Part shown: in pieces, positions 44,801-56,975 of the stretch
How positions within the stretch are numbered: position 1 is the first letter of the stretch
Layout: every line of letters starts with the position of its first letter
Source of the DNA: Phoronis australis
Taxonomy: Eukaryota; Animalia; Phoronida
Reading direction: 5' to 3'
DNA: 64,000 bases
Assembly: GCA_002633005.1 (NCBI GenBank)
Contig: NMRA01000016.1
Span: forward strand, 524,300-588,299
Made by a program: the position numbers and the translations under genes
The notes under the pieces: model-generated
What the model was told of the DNA's origin: nothing
The model's input: only the letters and a program-made list of their open reading frames with translations
The model's database searches: none

Positions 44801-47502
44801 GAACGCAAAATGATAATTTAGGAAATTGTAACGTTTTGAGATGTTGCCTTGAATACGCCAAACGAAATGTGGTCACGTGGTTGATTCAGTTTTGCTATAG
44901 CCACACCTTTCCTTAGTTTTTGCTAAATATTAATAAAAGGAAATTAATTAATGAGAGCTAATTGGCATAAAGTCAAAAATCAAATTCTACAGGCTTTCTC
45001 AGTGCTTTCAGTGAAGTATGTAATATTATTGAGTTAAACTTAATTCGTTTGCAGATTTTTGACCGAATTCACCGATAAGGTCCTAGGTAACCGTACAGCT
45101 TCTAAATAGCCCGAGTTCCGTCGTTGATCATTTCAGGTCTGCGTGGACTGATGTTGGCTGCCTTGTTAGCAGCTCTAATGAGTTCACTCACGTCCATATT
45201 CAATAGTGCCAGCAGCCTTGTCACTGTTGATTTATGGAAAAAGTGTCGGCCACAGGCAACAGAGGGCGAACTAATGATCGTCGGCAGGGTATTTGTCATT
45301 CTGCTCGTCGGCATCAGTATTGCATGGTTGCCGATACTGCAAGCGGCTGGTGGCGGCACTCTGTGGGACTATATGCAATCCGTTTCGTCATACATTGCTC
45401 CGCCGTGGTGTATATGCTTCGTTATGGGTGTATTCTGGACTAGAACGACAGAGCCAGTAAGTACCACTCGATATACTTGCCGATGTATTCGACTCCCCAC
45501 ACAGAAATTGTTTTCGACAGTTTCTAAATTAGTGTGTATATATGCATGCACTATGATCAATGAAACAATTTTAACAAATGCAGCAACAGGCATGCACATT
45601 ATTAAGCTACCTGCTTCATAGTCATGCGCGCACCCAGCCCGCTAAAACATAAAGGGGGGGGGGGGGCTCAAATTTTTCAGTATGAGGACCTTTTACTGAA
45701 AAAAAAACCTGGACTAAAAAACGAGGTACTACGTTTATACCTATGAATTGTGCATTCTTGCCGACTAGATTTCTGTGGACTTTTGTCTCGTTTTCTCGGA
45801 CTTCTTGTTTCTCGATCGAGGGGAACATTTTGCACACTGCATTCGAGCCCCCCTGGATACGCGCATGTTCACAGTGTAAACATAAGTAAGACAAAAATTC
45901 TTATTTACATTTACGTAAACAACTGTGCTCACTTTTCTGACTCACTCATGATGAGGAGCGCATTCACTCAAAAAAAGGGACAACTTGCACTGTGGAGGCA
46001 CAACGGGGCCATGGCCCCTGTTCATTGCAAAAAGCCCTCTCCTCTGTCGAAAACATTTTTCAGTATTGCGTTTGTCCCCTTCCTGATTGCTATGTGCCCT
46101 CATGTTGTACTGAATATCTGAATACATTGGTACTCATGTACCTCACTCGCTATGATCAATTGCAGGGAGCGTTCTGGGGTCTCATGGCCGGTCTGGTAAC
46201 GGGCGTTGTTCGTATGGTGCTAGACTTTGCCTACCCAGCCCCGCTGTGCGGCAGTCATGATGTTGACACGAGGCCGGATGTATTGTCTAAAGTTCACTAT
46301 CTCTACTTCTCCATTTTGTTATCGGCCATTTGTCTGTTGGTGACCACTGTTGTCAGCCTGCTCACGCAACAAAGAACTACAGAACAGGTAGGTGGACATT
46401 CCCATCGATTGCAACGAAGTGTGTGTATCTGACATCAATGAACATTGGTTTTGGCTGAACGCGGGCAAGAACAATAAAACTTTCACTATATTTAAAGTAA
46501 ACAGTGGTCCAGCAAGCCACCAGAAAGTGACAAATTAGGTTTAAACGCAGAAGAACTAAACGTCTCATTTCTAAGAAATGAACCCGCTGAATTACGATAG
46601 TCCTACATTGAATTGTAAATTTATTAGTTCAATTGGAGTAGATTTTTTTTGAATGATTACATTTCGGGCAAGTGCGGTTTTACTCAGTACAGATACAACG
46701 CTCATAACAAAAAATCTACTACTAACTTTGCCACAATTTGGAGCCGTTATTCTTTGAGAATGATCGCTTGTGGCGTTCACTTGATTTGATCATGGCGATT
46801 ATGACATTCCTCGCTTCAGCTACGTAAGGTCACTTGGTGGACTCGTCATGCGGATGAAGAACCTATCCTGACTGACGATGAAGATGACGACAGCGATAAT
46901 GATGGATACGTGGAGCAACTGGAGGTCGACAAGACGTCAGTCACATTACCAAGTATGTTCAATCATCACTGATTAATTGGTGAAATGCAAGAACGCCACT
47001 AAAACATAATAATTTATGAATTCACAATTTTCAAGGTTCAAACGATATATGCTCGTTCACAAAAACTGAAAGCACAATATTCCAGCAGACATGACAAATG
47101 CAATGAAAACAACAACGCATTTCGAAATTACTACAATAGGTCTATGGAGTGCGAATTTACACAAAAGACAGACGGAGTGGCTCATCCTAAACGTGTGTAG
47201 TACGTTTTCCATATTTATTAAGCGGTATACAGCAGAGGCATGTTCCATGAAAATTGACTCAAAGCTTAGTAAAAATTTGGTCTTATACTCCAGAGCGGCA
47301 AAACACTATAGGTGGCAAATGCCTGAAGTGGGCGTGTGGCCTGGCAGACGATCGGACGACTCACCGAACCAAAGCGGAGATAGCCGAAATGAGGAAGAGG
47401 CTGACTTCCATCGAAGAGAAACCGTTCTGGAAATCTGTTCTCAACGTCACGGCCATAATAGTTTTAACAGTTACGGTGTTCTTGTTTGGGTTCTTCGGTT
47501 GA
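38892..47502 (+). CDS. SLC5A sodium/sugar (SGLT/SMIT-like) cotransporter, about 652 aa, 12 coding exons
   Basis: Exons 38892-38969, 40386-40457, 40642-40746, 41347-41406, 41855-41959, 42122-42227, 43119-43423, 44292-44535, 45137-45456, 46166-46387, 46820-46952, 47294-47502. They total 1959 nt in frame. Family motifs: [90 protein letters not shown] possible non-coding first exon ends at 38520. AATAAA near 48345 and 48364. Confidence 0.93.
41082..41148. repeat. (ACA)n microsatellite in an SLC5 intron
   Basis: Imperfect run of ACA/AAC triplets. Confidence 0.9.
43566..43637. mobile_element. 72-bp mini-MITE (CATGGGCGGCG TIRs); degenerate relatives near 30905-30978 and 63067-63125
   Basis: CATGGGCGGCG...CGCCGCCCATG with internal GGGGGCTATAGCCCCCAC motif. 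Confidence 0.65.
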
Positions 47503-48143
47503 CAGAGTATAAGTTACAGCTTACTCAACGTTGGTACAATGTGCTTTCAGATACACGGACTGTAATTGAACACATTTTTTTACCAAAGGTAACATTTCTG
47601 CAGTAACTTTTCAAACTTCTTGGTATTATGAAACTGTTTTTCAACTACTTGGTGACCAAAGAAGCGTGTCACACGCGCGGAAATGTGATTTAAACATGAA
47701 AAAATTCCATATTACAACAAGCCGTGGCACCAGCATTTTTTCGAGCAGATGAAACGTCTCTGTGGTCATCTTGGATTTCAAAAATGCAGGCGTACATTTT
47801 GATGGTGCATTTTAATACGTTTTTAAAAGATGTTTGAAAAATCACAACCCTTAGTTTAGCGAAAATTTCCACATGGAGGCGCAAGATCGAAAATTACGTG
47901 AAAAAGAGCACAGGACATGTCGTTCCTATGTCTTAAGAAATGTTTGATTTCAATTTTTTATATCAGGACTGTTTTGTAACGTTGTTTATTTTTCATGTTC
48001 GATTGCTTTTTCTTGGGGGAGAAACCTTTAGGTTTTAATTGCAGTCTGCCCAAACTAGTAATTCAATTTCGTCAGTTCGTGTACGGGCGACCTCCCCAAG
48101 TCTAAAGATCGGATAATTTACACAATTTTGATATTTTTTTTGA

Positions 48144-48300
48144 CAGTGCTGTAGTGGGACGTAGGCGCACGTAGGCGCAGCCAACCACCTTTTGGCATTT
48201 GAACGTATAGCCTACGCACCGTAAGTTTCGTTCAGTGCTCAGAGGTAATACGGTGAGCTTTGGGCGCCTACTTACCTCTTATTTTACCACTGCAGCACTG
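48144..48300. mobile_element. hAT-type MITE, same family as 37992-38119, opposite orientation
   Basis: CAGTGCTGTAGTGG...CCACTGCAGCACTG. The interior is the approximate reverse complement of the upstream copy, and T-rich TTTTTTGA occurs on both flanks. Confidence 0.8.
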
Positions 48301-50898
48301 TTTTTTTTGAGTTTTCAAGTTCAGATAATTAGGTTTGAGTTTTCAATAAAGTATTGATTCAACAATAAATGTATTTTCCTTTTCGCCCTATCCCTAGAAA
48401 CTGTATTCCTTAAGTTACCACGTCTACAGTTTATCGATGATTGACAGGTAAGTAGAGAACCTCACGAAAACGAAAGGCTTCGCCATGCATTACAAGCGCA
48501 GCACGTAATCGCACTACGGTTACTCGCGAAATAAGAAGCAAGGCGGGTTTTTGTCCCACTTCCGTTGACGTCAGAGTGCTAACCTGTTACCGCACAACAG
48601 GAAATCTCCAGAGGTTACGTGCTGTTTTACCACGTGCAGCGCTATAGACCAAAGGGGAGGTTATGAAACAAGATTGCGATTTTCTCCCACTTTTCTGCCA
48701 AGTAATTTATTCTTGCGTCTACAAAACAAAGACAACGCCAAATCCTCTGAGAGTGTCATCGCGCACGTCGCCAGTCTGCACAACCTTTTCATCAACCCTA
48801 TTCGCGAAATGTTGTAGTAGTTTTTTTGCGCACTCCCAGATACTGATAAGGGTCAGTTTCCGCTAGGATTCAGAATACGTTGTACCCGTCTCCGTCTCAT
48901 GATATCCAACTCTCACTGACGGCTTGTGTAGATTGTATGTCCACGCTCCTTAGCGCTGTCAATCAAAAGACTCCAATGAAAATAACCATTTCCGTCTTCG
49001 TAACGCATTATCCATTGAAAATAAGTACACAAACAGTGTGCACGAGAAACAGACGCTGGGGACGGTTTTAACATAAGGTAGAACTATACCCACAATCCCC
49101 AGTGTCGTTACGAACTTAGTTCATTTCCCTGCCAGCCGTTTTATAAATAACCGCGTGAAAAAGATTTCGAAAAAAAAGAATGAACACAGCGAAAGCTAAA
49201 TAGGCCAACAATATTGTCTTGTGGACTTATTGACCTTTTACAGAGTCTAAAGTAAGAGAACCCCTAAGTGAAAACGAGCTAAGCCTAGTGCAGCCTCCCT
49301 CCCTCCTTCATCAATTGAACAAATGTTCACATCGTTCATTTGCCCTTTGTACATCTTCACTGGGACAGGGTAATTAGAGTACAAGACGGGCAATGCGCCA
49401 AAGATGCCTGTTTTTCAAACGGGCAAGTGCTTACAAAGAAACTACAAGAAACATCCGTGAAAATTTCTTCCCACAACTGGCAATTAGCAACTACCGTTTA
49501 AAACTTGGCAAGACGAAATAAAAAGTGCGGCAGATTTTACCGAGTATTTTTCCTGTTAAACGTGCGTTTTCTGCCTCTGGTATGAAACTGGGTTAAACCA
49601 GACGGAAAAACCCAATTGCCCCGAGTGCATTTTCGGAAATTAGGACCAATTCCTTATAATGAATCACAGCTACAGTTCATCGTGAAGTGAATATTAAGTG
49701 CATTAGGTATGCAGAATTCCAGTGACAACTGCCTGTTGACCGGTATTACGATCCATTTGTGTACTAAACTGGCTTAAAGACGCCAGGTCTCATTAAAACA
49801 GTGAATATTTAAATTTATAGCAAGCGCCACCTTGTGACTTCCTGGAGAACTATGTGTACAAGTATAACGAGTAAAAGAACAATTTGTAAATAAAATGCGG
49901 TTTTTAAGAAAACACCACCAGCGATACACTTAAAAATTAAGTGTGAACATCCTCCAAATATTAGGCGATCGTTATTTGATAGTGAAATGAACAAATAATA
50001 AAATTGTGCCTTATTTCACTAAAGTAAAGATGACATATTACCATACTAATTTACAAAAAAAACAATCTCGCAAAATGAGACTTTTGCGAGATTGTAATGG
50101 TACCTGGTTCTCGGATGGTTTCCAGCACACCAGAAGACCATAGGTTGTTTGTAAACTAACTTTAATTTGCATATTCACAATTAAATGAGACATAGCATCT
50201 TTAATGTTCTGTAGTTAATTGTGATTTTGCTACTTTGCATGTTACTATTTTGCAAACTTACAAGCACATATGAGAGATTTACTTCAGATGTAAAGCATCT
50301 TCTAAGTGTAAAAATTATGAGTTCAATAAGGCAAGACTTTTTTGCAGATTTTAATTAAATCTAACAATTTATGTACACATTATGGTAAAGACAATGGTTA
50401 GCTAACAACAAGACACCTTCAAAAATGAGACCACCTACCAAGTGCCTACTTGTTTTTTAAGACAGGACACTTCCAACTCGTACGATAGGTGGCAGCACCA
50501 TACATGTTGATCCTGAGGAACTGGTATTGCATACGAACTGTATTCATGTGCATTACCAGTCTCTCCCAGAAGGGACATACATGGGGCTAAGTAACAAACA
50601 CTTGCATTTGATGTCAAACACCAAGGCACTCCGACTACAGCCATTTTCAAGCTTGATTTCGAAATACAGAAAACGTGTGCACTGAAACAAGTGGGCACAT
50701 CATCGATACCTACCTACACAAGATGAAAAATGTTTAAGTTCAGCGACCACGATGATCAATAGACATTAACACATAACCAAGGTTTGTGCGTGTCCCAAAA
50801 CTCACAACAGAAAGTCCGACTAATCGCTGATAGACAAACTTCTATCAGACACCTGATTACGTAACAGCGAGGTAACAAATTTTCCCGCCAGACAACTG

Positions 50899-53800
50899 CT
50901 AGGTTTTGAAGCCGAGCGAAAACGCCACCTTGGGCCGGGCATTCTTCTTATTGAGTATAACCTCCTGCTCTTTTCTAACTTTCTTTTTCTCTTCATCCTC
51001 CAGCTTTTGTCGTTCCTCAAGCATTTTCCTTTGTTCTTCAACCAGTTTCAATTGCTCCTCAGCCTGCAAAAACAAAGACAGAAAATGTATTAAGCAAACA
51101 TAGCAGGCAATTCATTGATAATGAGACTTTAAGGACAGCATAAAACGAGACTTAAAAGGACAGTATAGAACCAGACTTTTCTGGGATTTATCAGTGAATA
51201 AATTCATATACTGGGTAACTGGCAACTAGGGCTTGGAATGACCAACGACAAAAAGAGGAAAATTTTCAGGTGTGTATCATTCCACACATAAGAAGGATTG
51301 TGTGATAGAAATATTTTTTGTATAGTAAAAACTGACTGACGTAAATGTTTGTGCATGAGTAATGTCAAAGTAATGATAAAGAAGCCATGAAAAAGAGAAA
51401 ACCAGAACTCGAATACGAGGAAATTGAAACCAAAAAGAGGACATCATCTACAAAGAGGAAAATTCCAAGTCCTGGACAATGAGATCCCCGCTGTTACCGT
51501 CAATTCAGTATGCTCATGTCAGACAAGCTGCTGACATCAGAAAACAGACTAAGCTGAAGACAGTGCATACAAGACATTTTGACGAATACGAGGCACTTGT
51601 TGGCTAACACTGGGTCTTCAGGTAACTCAAAAAAAGGAAAAGGACCGATTGTAGTGACTACTGCCACAGACGCACATCCGACAATAGGAGTTGTAGTCTG
51701 ATGATGTCTAGAAATCCAATACGAGGAAATTGAAACCAAAAAAGAGGACATCCTATACAAAGAAGAAAATTCCAAGTCCTGGGCAATGAGATCCCGGCTG
51801 TTACTGTCAATTCAGTATGCTCATGTCAGACAAGCTGCTGACATCAGAAAACAGATTAAGCTGAAGACAGTACATACAAGTCATTTTGACGAATACAAGG
51901 CACTTGTTGGCTAACACTGGGTCTTCAGGTAACTCAAAAAAGGGAAAAGGACCGATTGCCACAAACATACATGTACACCCGACAATAGGAGTTGTTGTCT
52001 GATGTCACAAATCTACCAGGTTGTGTGTTTATAGAATACGTTGTTGGTGACCTATAGCATTGCTCTGAGGTGTGTATCAAACATTCAACATCATCATTTA
52101 AGGATATTAAACTTAGTGTCTATCTCAAACCCAGATGACCGTGCACCAAGTGCTTGCATAGGGGACCAGTTGATTCTTTAACCTGCTAACAGCCACACTG
52201 CTTTCAACACATGTAGTGACCAGTTTCTTAGTTTAGTTCTCAGCAATAACAAAATATCAGTTTTCCAAAGACCAGAAATCACTTCTAACCATGGTAAAGA
52301 ATAAGCCGAGACAAATTTAAGACAGGCAAGCACTCATCTTTCTAAAGACTTGACGTTTTTCCATGACAAATAGCCCAAAACAGTGTTTTGCGACACCTCT
52401 CAACGTGCAATGAACACAATTTTTGAAGAATGTGCCTGTTTACAGCAATTCAACTGGTAACTAGAAATTCTGATTTTTATGACTGAATAAACATGGAAGC
52501 AAAACAGAGTACCATGTTCAAAATAAACGGACAGCACAGTATCAAATTGTATTACTGAATATACGCTTAACTTCATGATGTGACCATGGTCAAACTTTCA
52601 AGATACATCAGATAATGTCAATGATTAAAAAGAAATTTAAACAAGTGTTATTAGGAACACCAACTCACAGTAATAAAAAACGAAAGGTTCTGCCACAGAA
52701 CAATGGTTTTAAAAAATGACAAATGCACAGGGATTTCAAACCTCTTGGTGCACACGCATCTTTCAAGTCGTGACCTAAAACGATCTTTTCTTTTGGCTAA
52801 AAGATCAGTTCAAAGTGATTCAATCAAAAATCACCAATTGGAATAGTTCAAACACTGAAAACTATCGACACAAAAAAGTAAAATAAAAAGCCTCAAGCTA
52901 AACATGCCAATGTCAGTTTAAAAGCATCTCAGCACAAGCAACTGAAAATTATCAGTCGTTTGCTGGCGAAAAGGAATAAACTTACAAGCTTCCTTTGAGC
53001 TTCTTCAATTTTTCGATTATTTTCCTCCATGATCTTTTGCAGTTCCTCATGTTTTTTGCGCTCTTCCTCCTACAAAACATGTGACTCAGATAACCAATGC
53101 CGACCAGCGGTTTAATAGGGAACCCCCAGTAGAACAAGACTAGTCTTAACGAGCGGTTAATTAAATTTGGGAATCTCAACGTTACCACACACACTAAGTC
53201 TTTACTGAACGAGACTCTTTTGCTCAGGTTCAATCACCACTGACCACATGAGCACTCCGTGAACGTTTGATTGAATTGACGTCTAACACTGCGTAACTTT
53301 TTACTTTGTAACCTCTAGCCATACCAAGGACTGGTGTAAATGGTAAAAACTAATGAAGTTAAGACAAACTTGAGGGAACCTGAGCATAGTGTGTCCTTAC
53401 TCGACTAACGCATTTGTCACAAATACGAAATGAATAAAAAAATCCCCCCCAGAATGTAGTAACAAAGAGGACATAGCAAAACACCTGTAATTACACTAGC
53501 AGAGGCCACAATACAAATAGAAATACCTGCGTCGGCAACTTACTACACAGACGTAGCCTGCTATGTAGTGTCTTCTTTGCTTCGAGCTGTTGTGTTTTAG
53601 GAAACAAGTAACAGATTAGCCCCCTAGGGTCGCCTGGCGCCAACACATGGCCAGATTAACAGGCATAAATCAGTTGGCTTACCTTACAGAGACTGCTCAG
53701 TGAGAAAAACTGATCCGCACAGACTATAGCTCACGTTATGCCACATATACAAAATAGCAAACAAAGGATTAATATTTTGACAAAACTACACTATATTATC

Positions 53801-56800
53801 AAGGAGACATCTATTACTGCTGTAAATTACTAAATTACAGCGACAAAAAAAACAAAAAAAAAAACGGCATCTCACTGGACACAATCCGAATTGTCGTATT
53901 AGTGGATAACAGACTAAAAAAATGTCCTGTAATACAACACCAACATCGAGACTTTATGACATCACTTATATCGGACGTAACTGCAAAGGAAAGAGTCTGC
54001 ACATAGTAATCACACGGGTATCTGCTTGCGAACTGGGCAAACGGGAACAGGCAGAACAGACCAGCATTTTATCCGCAACTTGGCTGTCTGCACCAATACA
54101 GACCGCCAACAAAACAAAATCAGCGAAGCAATACATGGACGTGTAGGCAGCAAGGCAGCTAAGACATTGGTCTGTTTATTTGTGGTCTGCATTGATGCAA
54201 AATTGCGAAGAAAACAATGCCGTGTCGCAATGTTCCCTGCATTAATTCAACCTGAGCACCCATTTGGGGCACACGTAACATAATGAAGTGTGGTGGCAAG
54301 GGGGGCGGGGGCGGGGTGGGGGCGGGCAAGGAAGTAAAAGAAGTTGACTTAAGATGTAGCAATGGACAGGTGTAAATAAAAAGGAGTCGAATGAGACTAC
54401 TAAGCCTTCCTATAAAGACGACTCAGTGATTAAAGCCAACAGCCCAATGCATGCGAAATGCAACTGTTTGTTCTCAACTTAGGACTTCATTAGATAAGCA
54501 GGCATGACAACTGAACACTCCAGGTGATGCAGTTACATAGGCAGTGATCCCACCACACTTCATCAGCAGCAGCAGCAGCAGTAACGCAATAGAAAGCATG
54601 GACCACTACCTCCTTCAGCTTCTGCTCTGCCAGTTCCGCCTCCCTTTTCCTCTCCATCTCTTCCATTAGCTGCGTCTCCATCACGCGCTTGGCCTCCTCT
54701 ACCCGTCGTTTCACCTCCGCCTCGATCTCGTCCTTTCGCTTCTCTAATTCCTCCTCCACTCTCTGAGCCACTAACTCTTCCACTCTCCTCGCAACTTCCT
54801 CTTCTATCAACTTCTGCTCCATTTCCTTCTGCCGTCTACAATACCAAACAAACCTGGGTCACAGACTGTAAGCATGGGTGGGACTAAACAATTAAGCCCT
54901 GGACTCGACAATAATTCGACTGGCTCTCTCAGTGAACAATGACTAGACTCCCTCAACATTGTGACAAGAGGTCAGTACTGTGCTTACACCCACTGTGGGC
55001 TGAACCACAAAGTCAAACAGTCCAGCTCCCTCTCTGAGATCACAACTAGAAAAAGGATATGATGGGCTTGGACTGAGTTGTAAACCTCAGTTGACTGAAG
55101 ACAGAACGTTGGAGATTGACTGCTCAACTGCACTTCCACCATAATAAAACTACTGTAGAAACACTTCAGATCTAGCACACTCACAATAGCCTTTGTCTCT
55201 CAATCTCCAAAAGCTTGTCTTCTTCCTCTTCTTTCCCATCCTCAGATTTCTGTGCTAGACTTGGGGCGCGGCCAAATATGTCCGTGTCACTGTCAGAACT
55301 GCTGGATACTGAACGCTTCCTGTAAATAGACAAAGACGAGCATAACAACCAAGTCTCATCAACCATATGAGTGTGTACTGAAAAAGACTGTACATGGGCA
55401 TACTCGGGGGGGGGGGGGAAGTCTCGGGGGGCTTGAACGAGCCCCCCAATTTGCCGAAGTGGGCAAAAAGGTCTGCCTCAGTGAAAAAAATCCAAGTAAA
55501 CGACACAAAAGTCCACAAAGTACACAGGAAATAGGCGCAGGTGCACAATTCGTAGGCCTCAACGTAGTGGCCCCGTTATTTTTTAATCCCCATATCGAGA
55601 AATTTGAACCCCCCTATGTTGTAGGCTGGGTGCGTGCATGCTGCATCATGTACTCCAGTAGTCAGAGTCTGCAGTTACTAAACCTAAAACTACAGTCATA
55701 GTTCAGAGTATTTGGTAATGAGTATTACTGACATGAACACTTAAGTTGGCAATAGATTAACTGCTAATTTTCCCTCCATTTCTGCTTTCGCCACTGAACA
55801 AAGCATGCTGTGAAGATCAAACCAGGAGTGCATTACCTAGAGACGCAATAAACTTGCTACACAAAATCGCACCAATGAAAGGCAAGAGTTTTGAGTGTGT
55901 GGTAATAACCTTACTTGCAAAATGACGGCCACTTAAGTGATTGGTCAGTGAGGTTAGAATGCTCAATTACAAAATGAAATTCATTATTTAAGAACTGTGA
56001 GCAAGATTTCTCGCCACACATGCATCGTGCCTTGAGTCTATGGAGTGCAGCCCCTGAAGAAACACATTTTTCACCATCACTATCATCAAAAGAATATTGC
56101 CTGCCAAGTAGACAGTGACACCGTCTCTAGCTGACTATAGACGGTGTAGCTCCCATAGGAGCTTTATACGCCGGAAGCTTTTCGGCAAGTTATGCCTCAC
56201 AGTCACACTCACTAAAACATCAAAGTCGTGTAGATATAAATACCTTTTGCGCATACAGGGACACCTTAGGAGGCCGTTGATGTATGCAATTCCTTCCAAC
56301 TCAATGAAATACTTCTGTGGGAAGCTTCCGGCGTATGACGTTCCAGTATAGGAGTTACCACCGTCTCTAGTTAGCTAGAGACGGTGGTCACTGTCTACAA
56401 GTCGAGTTCAGGCAACCAGGTACCAAGTCCAATTAAATACGATCTTCATATGCAGTGGAAAACTTTATTAATGGCATCTAAAGACCAATTCTCACACTTG
56501 CAAAATTTGGCGGCAATGGACTGGTGAACCACGTTAAAACTATATCGAAGACGCCTGAAAGAAACCACACTCGAGACTAATCAAAGGAAGGGAAGTTGCG
56601 CTTAATTTGCCAGATGTTCACTATTAGCCAAGGAGACATGATAAACACGTTTACACGATCTGCGTGTCGTTTTTTCTTGATACCATTGTAATGTGCACAC
56701 ACTAGACTAATTTTAAGGTAGGCCTAAGCTAAAATCAGAAAACCACCAAACCTGCTGCGTTTCTCTCGCGACCGCGATCTATGTCTGGTTTTACGTTTAT

Positions 56801-56894
56801 TGTTTCGGTCTCGGGATCTTGATCTGCGTTTCTTGTGTTTGCTTTTATGTCTAGAACGACTGTGTGACCTGCTGCGACTTCTTGAGCGACCCAT
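50899..56894 (-). CDS. ARGLU1: Arginine- and glutamate-rich protein 1, about 250 aa, 5 coding exons
   Basis: Exons 56894-56752, 55319-55185, 54835-54610, 53069-52986, 51063-50899, totalling 753 nt. RS-rich N-terminus [10 protein letters not shown], Glu-rich coiled coil [44 protein letters not shown]-terminus [19 protein letters not shown]. Confidence 0.95.
51227..51474 (-). mobile_element. Reverse copy of the CAGGGCTTGGAAT TIR family
   Basis: TAGGGCTTGGAATGACC...ATTCCAAGTCCTG, flanked by GGCAAC and GACAAT (GGCAAT in the duplicated copy). Confidence 0.75.
51412..52005. repeat. ~300-bp tandem duplication in the last ARGLU1 intron
   Basis: 51412-51717 is repeated with high identity at 51718-52005 and includes one end of the MITE. 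Confidence 0.9.
53527..53586 (-). other. Candidate alternative/poison exon of ARGLU1
   Basis: Sense strand: branch-like GGCTAAT, pyrimidine tract, ...CACAACAG|CTCGAAGCAAAGAAGACAC.... Donors GTAAGT (after 53544) and GTATTT (after 53527). An extra strong donor AAG|GTAAGC lies at 53682. Confidence 0.6.
56108..56398. mobile_element. MITE with ~75-bp TIRs containing internal hairpins; related fragment at ~4427-4630
   Basis: GTAGACAGTGAC...GTCACTGTCTAC. Each end carries an ACCGTCT(N)AGACGGT hairpin. The internal sequence (GCCGGAAG..AGTTATGCCTC..GACACCTTAGGAG) recurs in HSP110 intron 1. Confidence 0.8.
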
Positions 56895-56949
56895 TCCTCA
56901 CTTTTTTAACAGTTAACAATGAAAGACTCGGTATACGCTCATCGATGTC

Positions 56950-56975
56950 TCAAAATGGCGGCACTTGCATGACGT
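56950..56975. promoter_or_regulatory. YY1-type motif and CRE-like site at the ARGLU1 5' end
   Basis: CAAAATGGCGG (YY1 consensus) and TGACGTC, about 60-80 bp upstream of the ARGLU1 ATG. Confidence 0.45.

Noticed and set aside
37992-48300. Composite transposon carrying the whole SLC5 gene between two inverted MITEs
   Set aside because: Each MITE has both TIRs and its own different flanking duplication, indicating independent insertions.
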